A stretch of 64,000 nucleotides of DNA, from positions 45,226 to 109,225 of the forward strand of contig DULU01000066.1 in assembly GCA_012840225.1 (NCBI GenBank), written 5' to 3'. Within the stretch, counting starts at the first letter, position 1; every line of letters begins with the position of its first letter. The notes under the pieces were generated by a model. The model searched no databases. It saw only the letters and a list, made by a program, of their open reading frames with translations, and had not been told where the DNA came from. A program made the position numbers and the translations under genes. Shown here in pieces: positions 37,692 to 46,481 of this stretch. The DNA is from Bacillota bacterium (lineage in GTDB: Bacteria; Bacillota; Limnochordia; DTU080).

Positions 37692-38687
37692 ATGAGCGAG
37701 AAGGTGAATATAAGAAAGCTGGCCGAGTTGGCCGGAGTTTCCGTGGCTACGGTATCCAGGGTGTTGAACGGCAAGGCAGGCGTCAGCGAGAAGACGCGGC
37801 GCCAGGTGATCGAGTATATGCATGAGCTGAACTATCGCCCGCCGGTCATCCTCAACCGTGGTGAGACCATCGGTCTGGTGGTGTTTCCCAATATGGAAAT
37901 ATTCCTCACCGATTTCTTTGCCGATCTGTTGCAGGGCCTGACCGAGGAGACTTTCCGCCGCGGGCAGCAGCTGATGCTCATGCGCTTGAACACCGGGGAC
38001 CTGACCGAGGATATCATGGGTCACTACATGCGCTCACATGGACTGTGCGGTTACATCATTCTCGGAACCACCCTCACCACCCAGGAAGCCGAACAGCTGG
38101 CGAAAGTGGAAGTGCCCTATGTGGTCACGGGCGGTGCATACCTGCCTGAAAACATCAACTGGGTCGGCTATGATCACATCGGCGCCGGGCGGGATATGGC
38201 CCGTTATGTGCTGTCCTTGCGCCACCGGCACATCGCTGCCGTCGGCCGGACGGAGGGGCGTCCGGTCGGAGCCGCCCACCTGCAGGGCATCAACGAAGAG
38301 CTGGCCAAAAACGGCCTGGAACTTTGGGGAGGTGCGCCCGTCGCTCCCCACCCCAAGGAATGCCGGCGCCTGTTGGAGGAGAGTCAAGCCACCGGTAAAC
38401 CGACGACCATCATCGGGCTCTCCCAGGAGGACGGCTTGCTGATCGTCTCCGAGTTGACCAAGATGGGACTGCGCCTGCCTACCGACATCAGTGTGGCCGC
38501 CTTTGGCGATTACCATTCGATTCAGTGGGTGGAGCCCAAGCTGACCACCATGCGGGTACCCACCGGGGAAATCGGCAGCAAATCCATCAACCTGTTGCTG
38601 GATCTGGCTGCCGGCTGGAGCGAGCGGCCCGTGCGCCATCAGTTCTCGCCGCAGTTGGTGCTGAGGGATTCGGTGGGGGCCATATAG
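37692..38687 (+). CDS. LacI-family transcriptional regulator
   Basis: N-terminal HTH NIRKLAELAGVSVATVSRVLNG followed by a sugar-binding domain. ATG 37692; the track ORF starts at 37674. Confidence 0.85.
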   Translation: MSEKVNIRKLAELAGVSVATVSRVLNGKAGVSEKTRRQVIEYMHELNYRPPVILNRGETIGLVVFPNMEIFLTDFFADLLQGLTEETFRRGQQLMLMRLNTGDLTEDIMGHYMRSHGLCGYIILGTTLTTQEAEQLAKVEVPYVVTGGAYLPENINWVGYDHIGAGRDMARYVLSLRHRHIAAVGRTEGRPVGAAHLQGINEELAKNGLELWGGAPVAPHPKECRRLLEESQATGKPTTIIGLSQEDGLLIVSELTKMGLRLPTDISVAAFGDYHSIQWVEPKLTTMRVPTGEIGSKSINLLLDLAAGWSERPVRHQFSPQLVLRDSVGAI

Positions 38688-38690
38688 GTT

Positions 38691-39662
38691 ATGGAAATCG
38701 ACTGCTACAGTGCGAACGCCGAAGATTGCTGGGTAAGTCATCCGGAGGAATGGCAGCCGCTTTTTGTCAGGTGGGCGGCGGAACATCCCGAAGAGGCCGA
38801 GCTTCACGTCTGGCCGCAGCTTGGGGGCCGGAAGGTGGTCGGTTTGACCACCGGGAACAGAAGTGCCGGCCGGCGCTTGCTGGTGGCCGTACCTCACGCC
38901 CACGAGCCGGCGGGAACGGCGGTGGCTGTGGATCTGGCGGCCCAGCTTTTCACCGGGCGCCATCTTGACGGCACGCCCACCGCGCTGCCGGTGGAGGATA
39001 TTTTATCACATCTTTTGATCTCACTTCTGCCCGACACCAACTCCCAAGGCCGGTCCCAAAGCCCGGAGCGTTGCTGGGATGGCAAGGTGGATAATGAGCA
39101 ATTCCTCAAGATAGCTTTCGGGAAAGCTGCCGACGGCAGCCGCTTTGGCCGGTATCCCGAATGGCGGGCGAGCGAGCATCAGCCAGGTTTGATAGGGATC
39201 GAATACGAACAAGTAGACGACGATTTATTCGTGGAACCAAATACCAGCCGGCGTTCCACACACTATCGCGCCGTGACCGCCCTGCACGCTAAGTTCGGTT
39301 ATACTCATCATCTCGATATGCATCAACATGAAGCCGCTCCTGCCGCCCTGCTCCCGGCGGAATACGAAGAGCTGCCGGAAGGTGACCGGAGAGAAATCAT
39401 GACCTGGGCGGAGATGATCATTTCCGCCTGGACGCAAATTGGCGCCGATCCCCGGCCGGACCCGTATATTCCCTATAAAGGCCGGGACCGGCAACTGCTC
39501 TTCAAAGCTTTCTGGAAAGATGCCTGCCCCGGGATGCGGCGATTGACCACCGAAGTGCGCAACAACAGGGATCATAAAACGGGGGAGCCGGTCACCCTGC
39601 CTGAGCAATTTGCCATGGCGGAGGCGGCTTTGATGGGCACCATCAGGCATTTGCTGGGCTAA
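38691..39662 (+). CDS. M14-like zinc hydrolase (carboxypeptidase / succinylglutamate-desuccinylase-aspartoacylase-like)
   Basis: HxxE zinc motif in VAVPHAHEPAG and a second His in HHLDMHQHE, the same pattern as the N-domain of the 6514 gene. The start lies 4 nt after the LacI stop, so the two are likely co-transcribed. Confidence 0.5.
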   Translation: MEIDCYSANAEDCWVSHPEEWQPLFVRWAAEHPEEAELHVWPQLGGRKVVGLTTGNRSAGRRLLVAVPHAHEPAGTAVAVDLAAQLFTGRHLDGTPTALPVEDILSHLLISLLPDTNSQGRSQSPERCWDGKVDNEQFLKIAFGKAADGSRFGRYPEWRASEHQPGLIGIEYEQVDDDLFVEPNTSRRSTHYRAVTALHAKFGYTHHLDMHQHEAAPAALLPAEYEELPEGDRREIMTWAEMIISAWTQIGADPRPDPYIPYKGRDRQLLFKAFWKDACPGMRRLTTEVRNNRDHKTGEPVTLPEQFAMAEAALMGTIRHLLG

Positions 39663-39881
39663 AGCGGTATGTCTTGGGTTAGCGCCACCATTTTTATATA
39701 TCATCCAATATAGATAAGCCTAGATAAATAGGCCGCAAGAGGCCGGTATCATGAGCTTCCTTTCGCTCGGGCGCGACAATTGCCTGCGGGTCCCACAGGA
39801 TTTGTCTGCCCGATGCTAGAATAATTATATTAAGAAGTTGCGCAATCAGTTACGGTAAATTATTAGGCAGGTGTTATCCGG

Positions 39882-42323
39882 ATGCAATGTATGCACCACC
39901 ATGACCTGGGTGCGGCCTCTCTGGTGGGTCCGGTGCCCGTAAAGGCTGGTTCCATGGGTACCTGGACTATTATATATAAAGCTGGTCCGCTGGGTTTGGA
40001 ACAGGACGGCCGCGTGGGCGTTTCCTGGCTTTTTGCTTCCGACTGGGGCAGTCCGCAGACAGCGGAACCCACCGCTCCCAACTACCTCACCGCCCACTGC
40101 CGCGGCAGAGCGGGACTCGAAGTGCGCTTTGACCGCAAAGGCTACAGGAGACCTTGGTGGCCGCTGGTGTGGATCAGGGTGATTGACGGCTACCTCGAGC
40201 CCGGTGAGGAGATCGAAATCACCTTGGGCGACAGAACCGGCGGCTCGCCGGGGCAGAGGGCACCTGCGGTGGTCAACCCGCATGGGGCATTTAAAGTGCT
40301 GGTCGATTATGGCGGCACGGGAAGATGGGTGGAGCTCTCTCCGCATCTGCCTGTGCCGGTGGTGGCCGGGAAACTGGCCCGCCTCTCCATCCAGGTGCCG
40401 TCCCTGGTGCGCCCGGGGGAAAGATTCCAGGCTTTGCTGCGCCTGGAAGATGAGTTGGGCAATGTGGCCGGCGGCAAGGAAGTGGAGGTGGCGTGGTGGC
40501 TGGCGGCAGGCGCCGACCAGAGCCGGCTCCGCCCGCTGCCGGAGGCTGCTTGCGGAAACGGGAAGGGAAAATGGAAGGTGCTCATCCCGCCGGAAGGTCT
40601 CGTGCGCCTTGACGGTCTGGAGATCAGTGTTCCCGGCCTCTACCATTTCTGCGGCCGCTGCGCGGACGGCCTTGCCGCTGTGAGCAATCCGCTTTTGGTG
40701 ACTTCTGAGGGGGAGAGCATTCTCTGGGGCGACCTGCACAGCCAGTCCAGCGAGGCGCTGGGGCTCCGTCCGGCTGTGGAGCAGCTTGAAATCGCCCGCC
40801 ATATCTCCGGACTGGATTTCGCTTCCCTGCAGGGGAATGATTATGATATCAACAGCTCGGAATGGGCGGCCATCCGCAAGGCTGTGGCCGAGGCCAACCG
40901 GCCGGGTTGCTTCACCGCCTTCCTGGGCTATGAATGGTCGGGCAACACGCCGGGCGGCGGCGACCACAACGTGCTCTATGTGGACGACGATGGCGAACTG
41001 CTGCGCTCAGGCTTCTGGTGTACCCGGGAAGAGAAAAACCCGGGCAGCAATGACGGCGGGCACTCCGGCGAGCGCGCCAGCGAGCGCGCCGGCGGGCAAG
41101 TCGGCTGTGGGAGCTCGGGCGAGCGTGACAGCGGGCGCTCGTATTACCCCATTACTGAAGTATATAATCACCTGCCGCCGGGGCGGGCGATGCTCATACC
41201 CCATGTAGGCGGGCGTTATGCCAATTTTGCTTATCATCATCACGAGTTGGAACCGCTGATCGAAATCTGTTCCACCTGGGGTTATTTTGAATGGTTTATT
41301 TTTGAGGCCCTGGAGCGGCAGATGAAGGTCGGCTTCACCGGCGGCAGCGACGATCATAAAGGGCGTCCTGGACTATTGTCCTATGCCTCGGGGATATTCA
41401 GCGGGCCGGGGGGCCTGACGGCGGTGAGGGGGGGAGAATGCACCAGGGAGTCTCTCTGGCAGGCCCTGTCCCGGCGGCGCTGTTATGCTACCACCGGCAC
41501 CCGCCTCATCATGGATGTAGAGGTGGCGGGAGGCGAGATGGGTTCATGTGTAAAGAGTTCCTCACCGGTGACGGTGCACTGCCGGGTGGTGGGCACGGCG
41601 CCCATTGAACGCCTGGAGCTGCGCCGGGGGAAGGAACTGGTTGCGGTCTACCGGCCCGATCCTGCCGGCCCGACCACAAGCCCAGCCACCGGCTCGACCA
41701 CCGGCCCGACTGCCGGCCGGCGCTGGCTGAGGCTCTCCTTCGCCGGCATCAGGCCGAAGAAAAGATACGCCGCTTTAAAATGGCCGGTAAACTTGAAGCT
41801 TAATGGGTGTGCAGAGCCGGAGGCTTGGCTCATCGGGAAAGACATAAAAGTGAGCCGCTGCCCGGATGGGGTCGGGGGCGGGAGCACGGACGGGAGAGGC
41901 TGTATGAGCGGTAGCAGCAGCGCGGCCGGCGGGGCGAACCAGGATGGCCGCAAGAGTTATGAGCTCTTCGCCTATACCGTGGGTATCGAGCGCAGCCTGT
42001 GGATCCCCCTTCTCGGGGAGGAAGCGTCGCTGGAGTTCAGCACGCCCTTCATCAACCTGACCTGGCCGTCCGGGGAGGGGGCCGGGGCGGAGAAGGAGCC
42101 GAATGCCTGGCCTGCACCGGTTCGTTCATTTATATATGAAAACGGGATATGGGCGGAGGTGAACGCCTCGTGCTGGTCGGGGCTGCCACAGGCTGTAGCT
42201 CTTGAAGCGACCTGGAGCGACCCGGCTCCTCCGGGCGAGCATGCTTACTGGGTGAAAGCGGTGCAGGTAGACGGGCACTTGGCCGTCGCCAGTCCGGTTT
42301 ATGTGCAGATAGATCCGAGTTAG
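39882..42323 (+). CDS. DUF3604-family protein (PHP-like metal-dependent hydrolase fold), 813 aa
   Basis: WGDLHSQSS, DHNVLYVDD, PHVGGRYANFAYHHH, GGSDDHKG and CYATTGTR motifs are shared with the paralog at 43742. There is an internal low-complexity insertion (GERASERAGG…SGERDSGRS). Confidence 0.6.
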   Translation: MQCMHHHDLGAASLVGPVPVKAGSMGTWTIIYKAGPLGLEQDGRVGVSWLFASDWGSPQTAEPTAPNYLTAHCRGRAGLEVRFDRKGYRRPWWPLVWIRVIDGYLEPGEEIEITLGDRTGGSPGQRAPAVVNPHGAFKVLVDYGGTGRWVELSPHLPVPVVAGKLARLSIQVPSLVRPGERFQALLRLEDELGNVAGGKEVEVAWWLAAGADQSRLRPLPEAACGNGKGKWKVLIPPEGLVRLDGLEISVPGLYHFCGRCADGLAAVSNPLLVTSEGESILWGDLHSQSSEALGLRPAVEQLEIARHISGLDFASLQGNDYDINSSEWAAIRKAVAEANRPGCFTAFLGYEWSGNTPGGGDHNVLYVDDDGELLRSGFWCTREEKNPGSNDGGHSGERASERAGGQVGCGSSGERDSGRSYYPITEVYNHLPPGRAMLIPHVGGRYANFAYHHHELEPLIEICSTWGYFEWFIFEALERQMKVGFTGGSDDHKGRPGLLSYASGIFSGPGGLTAVRGGECTRESLWQALSRRRCYATTGTRLIMDVEVAGGEMGSCVKSSSPVTVHCRVVGTAPIERLELRRGKELVAVYRPDPAGPTTSPATGSTTGPTAGRRWLRLSFAGIRPKKRYAALKWPVNLKLNGCAEPEAWLIGKDIKVSRCPDGVGGGSTDGRGCMSGSSSAAGGANQDGRKSYELFAYTVGIERSLWIPLLGEEASLEFSTPFINLTWPSGEGAGAEKEPNAWPAPVRSFIYENGIWAEVNASCWSGLPQAVALEATWSDPAPPGEHAYWVKAVQVDGHLAVASPVYVQIDPS

Positions 42324-43606
42324 CGAAGCAGTGGCAAGCCGGTGTAGACCGGACCGGGATCGTCCAGGATGCCTCCGGAGGCTTCATAAAACTCCTGATC
42401 CAGGTGAAAAGTCCCACGTTCGGGCCACAGCCAAGATGCTCCCGCTCTTGGGTGGGAGGACGCCACGAGCGCCGGCCAATCGGGGTAACTTTCCGGTCCG
42501 TTGGCTTCCATCAGTCCGCCTTTGATGCCGGGGAAAGGAGGCAGGTGGGCGGCAAAGATCTTGTTCCAGTCCACCAGGAACGGCACGCAGGCATTATCCG
42601 CCACATAGCAGGCCATCCGGTGGCGAGCGGCGGCAGAAGCCATCTCGAAGGCCACCGTCATGGTTTTCCCTGCCGGCTTGATGGCTATGGCGCTATAGCC
42701 CTGCGCGGCTTTGTGGGCGACGGCGGCGGCATCGTGCAGGCTTTCGTCGGCGGCGATCCTCACGGGCAGATCGCTGACATCGATCTCCAGCTCTTCGCCG
42801 AAAGGTTCTTCCAGAATGACGATGCGCTCCAGAGCCCCGATGGCCCCGGCATGGTCCAGGAGGCGAACGATGCTCTCTTTATGGCGGTAGCGACCGTTGG
42901 CATCGAGGTAATATAAAACCTGACCGCTCTCGGTCAACGGTGTGGCGTAGGCTTTGGCCACCTGATGCACCTCGCTCAGGCGGGCCATATCTTTGGCCAG
43001 CATCTCTTCTTCGCTGCCCGGTTGGCCGATCTTGATCTTGAGCAGGCCGGCTCCGTTTTGCAGGAGGCTTTCCACGGTGGATAGAGGCAAATGGTAGGTG
43101 ACGAGCGGTACGGCCACCAATTGCTTCTGGCGATGACATAATGCCGGCCGCACCGCCGCCGGGATCAGGTCGGTGAAACTTTTACCGCCCCGCAGGCGGG
43201 CATAAAGCACCCAGGCGGCGTTGTCCAAGGCTACCAGGGCATTGAGCGTAAAGGTGGGGCGGAGGGCGGGTCGTCCGGTGATCAGCCGGCCATAGCCATG
43301 CACTTCGTCTTTGACGGTGGCAAGCAACTCGGGCGGGTCGGCAAATTCCCGGCCTTCCGCCAGCTTCAGCGCCTTTTCCAGGAGGCAGAGCATGATCAGG
43401 TTGCCGCCGGCCTCGCTGTGAGCGGTGAAGACGGCCTCATCGGACCAGAGGACGGCCAGGCCGCCCAAGCCGAAAGCCTCATGGCCGCCGGCTTCTTCCA
43501 GGCGCACCACCGCATTCCATTTTTCCCGGAAGAAAGAGCCTTTGAAGCCGAAGGGGCGGGCAAAGGGCTCCCGCTGGATGTCAAAAAGAGCGCGTTTTAT
43601 TTTCAC
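42320..43606 (-). CDS. Enolase-superfamily enzyme (MR/MLE type; dipeptide-epimerase/racemase-like)
   Basis: Motifs LKIKIG (KxK), LYYLDANG, ILEEPF, RIAADES and IAIKPAGK match the MR/MLE metal-ligand and catalytic-Lys pattern. GTG start with an AAAGGAGG RBS 7 nt upstream. Confidence 0.7.
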   Translation of the reverse strand: MKIKRALFDIQREPFARPFGFKGSFFREKWNAVVRLEEAGGHEAFGLGGLAVLWSDEAVFTAHSEAGGNLIMLCLLEKALKLAEGREFADPPELLATVKDEVHGYGRLITGRPALRPTFTLNALVALDNAAWVLYARLRGGKSFTDLIPAAVRPALCHRQKQLVAVPLVTYHLPLSTVESLLQNGAGLLKIKIGQPGSEEEMLAKDMARLSEVHQVAKAYATPLTESGQVLYYLDANGRYRHKESIVRLLDHAGAIGALERIVILEEPFGEELEIDVSDLPVRIAADESLHDAAAVAHKAAQGYSAIAIKPAGKTMTVAFEMASAAARHRMACYVADNACVPFLVDWNKIFAAHLPPFPGIKGGLMEANGPESYPDWPALVASSHPRAGASWLWPERGTFHLDQEFYEASGGILDDPGPVYTGLPLLR

Positions 43607-43741
43607 CGGTCTGCCTCCTTTAGTCGCCTAAATCACGTCTTCTATTATGCCTGCTTTCGGCGGGTATTTCCACCGCCGGCAGGAATGGCGCAGGTGGCGG
43701 CGAGAAGAAGGAACAAGCCGGAAAGGGAAGCGAGACCGGAA

Positions 43742-45313
43742 ATGTTGAAGGACAAACTGATTTGGGCGGATTTGCACAATCACAATGAAATAGGATATGG
43801 CCGGGGCAGTCTGGAGCGGGCGGCGCGCCTGGCCCGGGAGCGGCTGGATATCTGGGCTTTCACCGCGCATGGCGCTTGGCCCGACTTGCCGCAAAACCCT
43901 GAGGACCCGGCGGTGCGGAAGCACCTGGCCGGCTTCGCCAAGGTGCGTGAAAACTGGCCGCTGGTGCTGCGGTCGCTGGAGGCGGCCACGCAGCCGGGGC
44001 GCTTCATCGCTTTGGCCGGTTTCGAATGGCACTCCAGTAAATACGGCGATCGTCATGTGCTGGCACCAGTGTCGCCGCTGCAGTTGCCAGGGATAGATAT
44101 ACCCCTGACCGAACTGAAGGCCTGGGCAGAGGCCCATGAGGCGCTGCTCATTCCTCATCACCTGGCATATCCGCCGGCATCGAGAGCCGTCGACTGGGCG
44201 ACGGTCGATGAGCGCCTGTCGCCGGTGGCGGAGATCTTCTCCGAACACGGCTGCAGCGAAGCCGACGACGCTCCCTGGCCGATGGACGGCCACAGCATGA
44301 GCCCGCGCAGCACGGTCAACTGCTGGCGCACAGCGCTGGATCGCGGGCTGCACCTTGGCGCCGTCGCTTCCACCGACAATCATGAAGGCTGCCCGGGAGC
44401 GTATAACGAAGGGCTGACCGGCCTCTGGGTGGAAAATTTCAGCGTGGCGGGGCTCTTTGCCGCCTTGCGCCGTCGCCGGACCTTTGCCGTCACCGGAGAT
44501 CGCCTGGTCCTGGACTGGTCCTGTCTGGAGGTGCCGATGGGGGAGACGGTGTCTTTGAGCGGTCGGGCTGCCGGCGGAGCAGGCGGCCTCCAGGTGCCGC
44601 TCCGGTTTTGGGTGGCGGGCCGGGATGCCATAGACTGCATCGATCTGATCTGCAACGGGCGGCTTTGGCGGCGCTGGACCCCCGGCGTGGATGTGCCGGA
44701 GGACGACGGCGGGCCAGGGCCGGAGTTCGCCTGCGGCAAGAGCGGCGGGAAGGAGATCTGGTTGGTGAGAGGCCGGTGGGGCTGGGGCCGCATGGGGAAT
44801 ACGGCGGTGAACCACTGGAAGGCCGAGCTGAAAGTGGCGGGCGGCGAGGTGCTCAAGGTGGAGCCGGGGTTCGGCAGCGTGCCGCCGGAAGGCGGAGCCG
44901 ACGGCACTTGCATCTGGTCCGGTGGGCCGGAGCTCTCCTGGTCTTCCCGCACCAGCCGGGCATACCCCCAGTGCTATGACCAACTGCTCCTGGAAGTGGC
45001 CGGAGACGACCGCACCCGCCTGGAACTGGAAGTGGAGTGCCGCCTGGACGAGAAGGTGTGGCGGCGCAGGGCCATATGCTCATTGGGCGAGCTGAGGCAG
45101 CATTCCTGCGAGGTGGCCATGGACGAGCCGCCGCTCACGCCCCGCTTCCAGTGGGCCAGGGCTTTGCCTGCCGCTCTTTGTACAGTGGCGGTGACGGAGC
45201 AGGTCGTATTGTCGGGCGAGGTGGCCTCTAAAGCGGAGAGTTATATATATATTCGGGTGCGCCAGCGCAACGGCCAGATGGCCTGGTCTTCTCCCATATG
45301 GCTGAAGCCGTGA
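43742..45313 (+). CDS. DUF3604-family protein (PHP-like), paralog of the 39882 gene
   Basis: IWADLHNHNEIGYGRGS, LAGFEWHSS, IPHHLAYPP, STDNHEG and FAVTGDR motifs. ATG 43742 was chosen because the track ORF from 43298 would overlap the enolase gene by about 300 nt. The start is uncertain (alternative ATG 43686). Confidence 0.6.
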   Translation: MLKDKLIWADLHNHNEIGYGRGSLERAARLARERLDIWAFTAHGAWPDLPQNPEDPAVRKHLAGFAKVRENWPLVLRSLEAATQPGRFIALAGFEWHSSKYGDRHVLAPVSPLQLPGIDIPLTELKAWAEAHEALLIPHHLAYPPASRAVDWATVDERLSPVAEIFSEHGCSEADDAPWPMDGHSMSPRSTVNCWRTALDRGLHLGAVASTDNHEGCPGAYNEGLTGLWVENFSVAGLFAALRRRRTFAVTGDRLVLDWSCLEVPMGETVSLSGRAAGGAGGLQVPLRFWVAGRDAIDCIDLICNGRLWRRWTPGVDVPEDDGGPGPEFACGKSGGKEIWLVRGRWGWGRMGNTAVNHWKAELKVAGGEVLKVEPGFGSVPPEGGADGTCIWSGGPELSWSSRTSRAYPQCYDQLLLEVAGDDRTRLELEVECRLDEKVWRRRAICSLGELRQHSCEVAMDEPPLTPRFQWARALPAALCTVAVTEQVVLSGEVASKAESYIYIRVRQRNGQMAWSSPIWLKP

Positions 45314-45341
45314 GAATGATAAGGAAAGAAGTGACCGACTG

Positions 45342-46403
45342 ATGAGAAAGGTGCGGTTTGCCGTTGTCGGGTTGGGTACCATCGGCCGGGTGCATATCAG
45401 CGCCGTGCAAAAAGCCCCTGCGGCGGAGTTGGTCGCCGTAGTCGATGCTGATGCCGCCCGGGCCGAGAGCATGGGGAAAGAGTTGGGTGTACCTTGGTAT
45501 ACGGCGGTGGAAGAGTTGGTGGCCAGGGAAAAAATCGATGTGGTCAACATTTGCACGCCGAGTGGCCTGCACCTGGAGCCGGCGCTGGCGGCCGTAAAGG
45601 GCGGCTGCCATGTCCTGGTGGAGAAACCGCTGGAGGTGACCGTCGAGCGCTGCGACCAAATCATTAGGGCCTGTCGCCGGGCGGGAGTGAAGCTCGGGGC
45701 CATCTTTCAGAACCGCCTATTCGACGCCAACCGGATGGTCTGGGAGGCGGTGCGGCAGCAGCGCTTCGGGCGTCTGATCCTGGGCGTGGTCAATCTGAAA
45801 TGGTGGCGCTCGCAGGATTATTACGATGCGGGTGCCTGGCGGGGGACCTGGGCCATCGACGGCGGCGGAGCGGTGATGAATCAGGGCATACACCGCATCG
45901 ACCTCTTGCAATGGCTGTTCGGCGAGGTGGAGTCGGTTTATGCTCACGCCGCCTGCCTGGCTCATGAAAGGATCGAGGTGGAAGACACCGCCGTTGCCGT
46001 CTTGCGTTTCAAAAGCGGGGCGGTGGGCTCGGTCATCGCTTCCACGGCCGCCTACCCCGGCTTTCCGGCCAGGCTGGAAGTGCACGGTGATCAGGGTGGG
46101 ACCGTCGTGGAGGACAACAAAATAATCGCCTGGCACGGCCAGGATATCTCCCCGGAGGAAGAGGCGCAGGTGCTGGGCCAATTTGCCGGGGAGAAGCGGG
46201 CCGGCGCCATGGCCGATCCGGCCATGCTTTCCCATATCGGTCATGAACGGCAGATCGCCGATATGGCCCTGGCGGTGCTGGAAGACAGGGAACCTATGGT
46301 AACCGGTCTGGAAGCGAGGAAATCGGTAGCCATCATCGAAGCTATATATGCTTCCGCCCGGAGCGGGCAGCCGGTGGCGGTGTCCATACCGGAGTTGATG
46401 TGA
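45342..46403 (+). CDS. Gfo/Idh/MocA-family oxidoreductase
   Basis: MRKVRFAVVGLGTIG…LVEKPLE. Confidence 0.85.
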   Translation: MRKVRFAVVGLGTIGRVHISAVQKAPAAELVAVVDADAARAESMGKELGVPWYTAVEELVAREKIDVVNICTPSGLHLEPALAAVKGGCHVLVEKPLEVTVERCDQIIRACRRAGVKLGAIFQNRLFDANRMVWEAVRQQRFGRLILGVVNLKWWRSQDYYDAGAWRGTWAIDGGGAVMNQGIHRIDLLQWLFGEVESVYAHAACLAHERIEVEDTAVAVLRFKSGAVGSVIASTAAYPGFPARLEVHGDQGGTVVEDNKIIAWHGQDISPEEEAQVLGQFAGEKRAGAMADPAMLSHIGHERQIADMALAVLEDREPMVTGLEARKSVAIIEAIYASARSGQPVAVSIPELM

Positions 46404-46481
46404 CGGCGCCGGCGTTTAGGCATTGTCCCCGGCGGTCCAGGTGGGTTAATATACAGTTATCATTATTAAGAGGTGAGTAAC

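Noticed and set aside
39846-40967. 373-aa minus-strand ORF overlapping the start of the DUF3604 gene
   Set aside because: The sense-strand protein has conserved family motifs. This ORF is Arg/Ala/Pro-rich with no RBS, so it is spurious.
43298-43741. Upstream extension of the second DUF3604 ORF
   Set aside because: It would overlap the convergent or divergent enolase-superfamily gene by about 300 nt. The conserved domain begins at MLKDKLIWADLHNH (43742).
43628-44983. 451-aa ORF antisense to the second DUF3604 gene
   Set aside because: Same reasoning. It sits inside a gene that has a recognisable paralog, and its translation is low-complexity.
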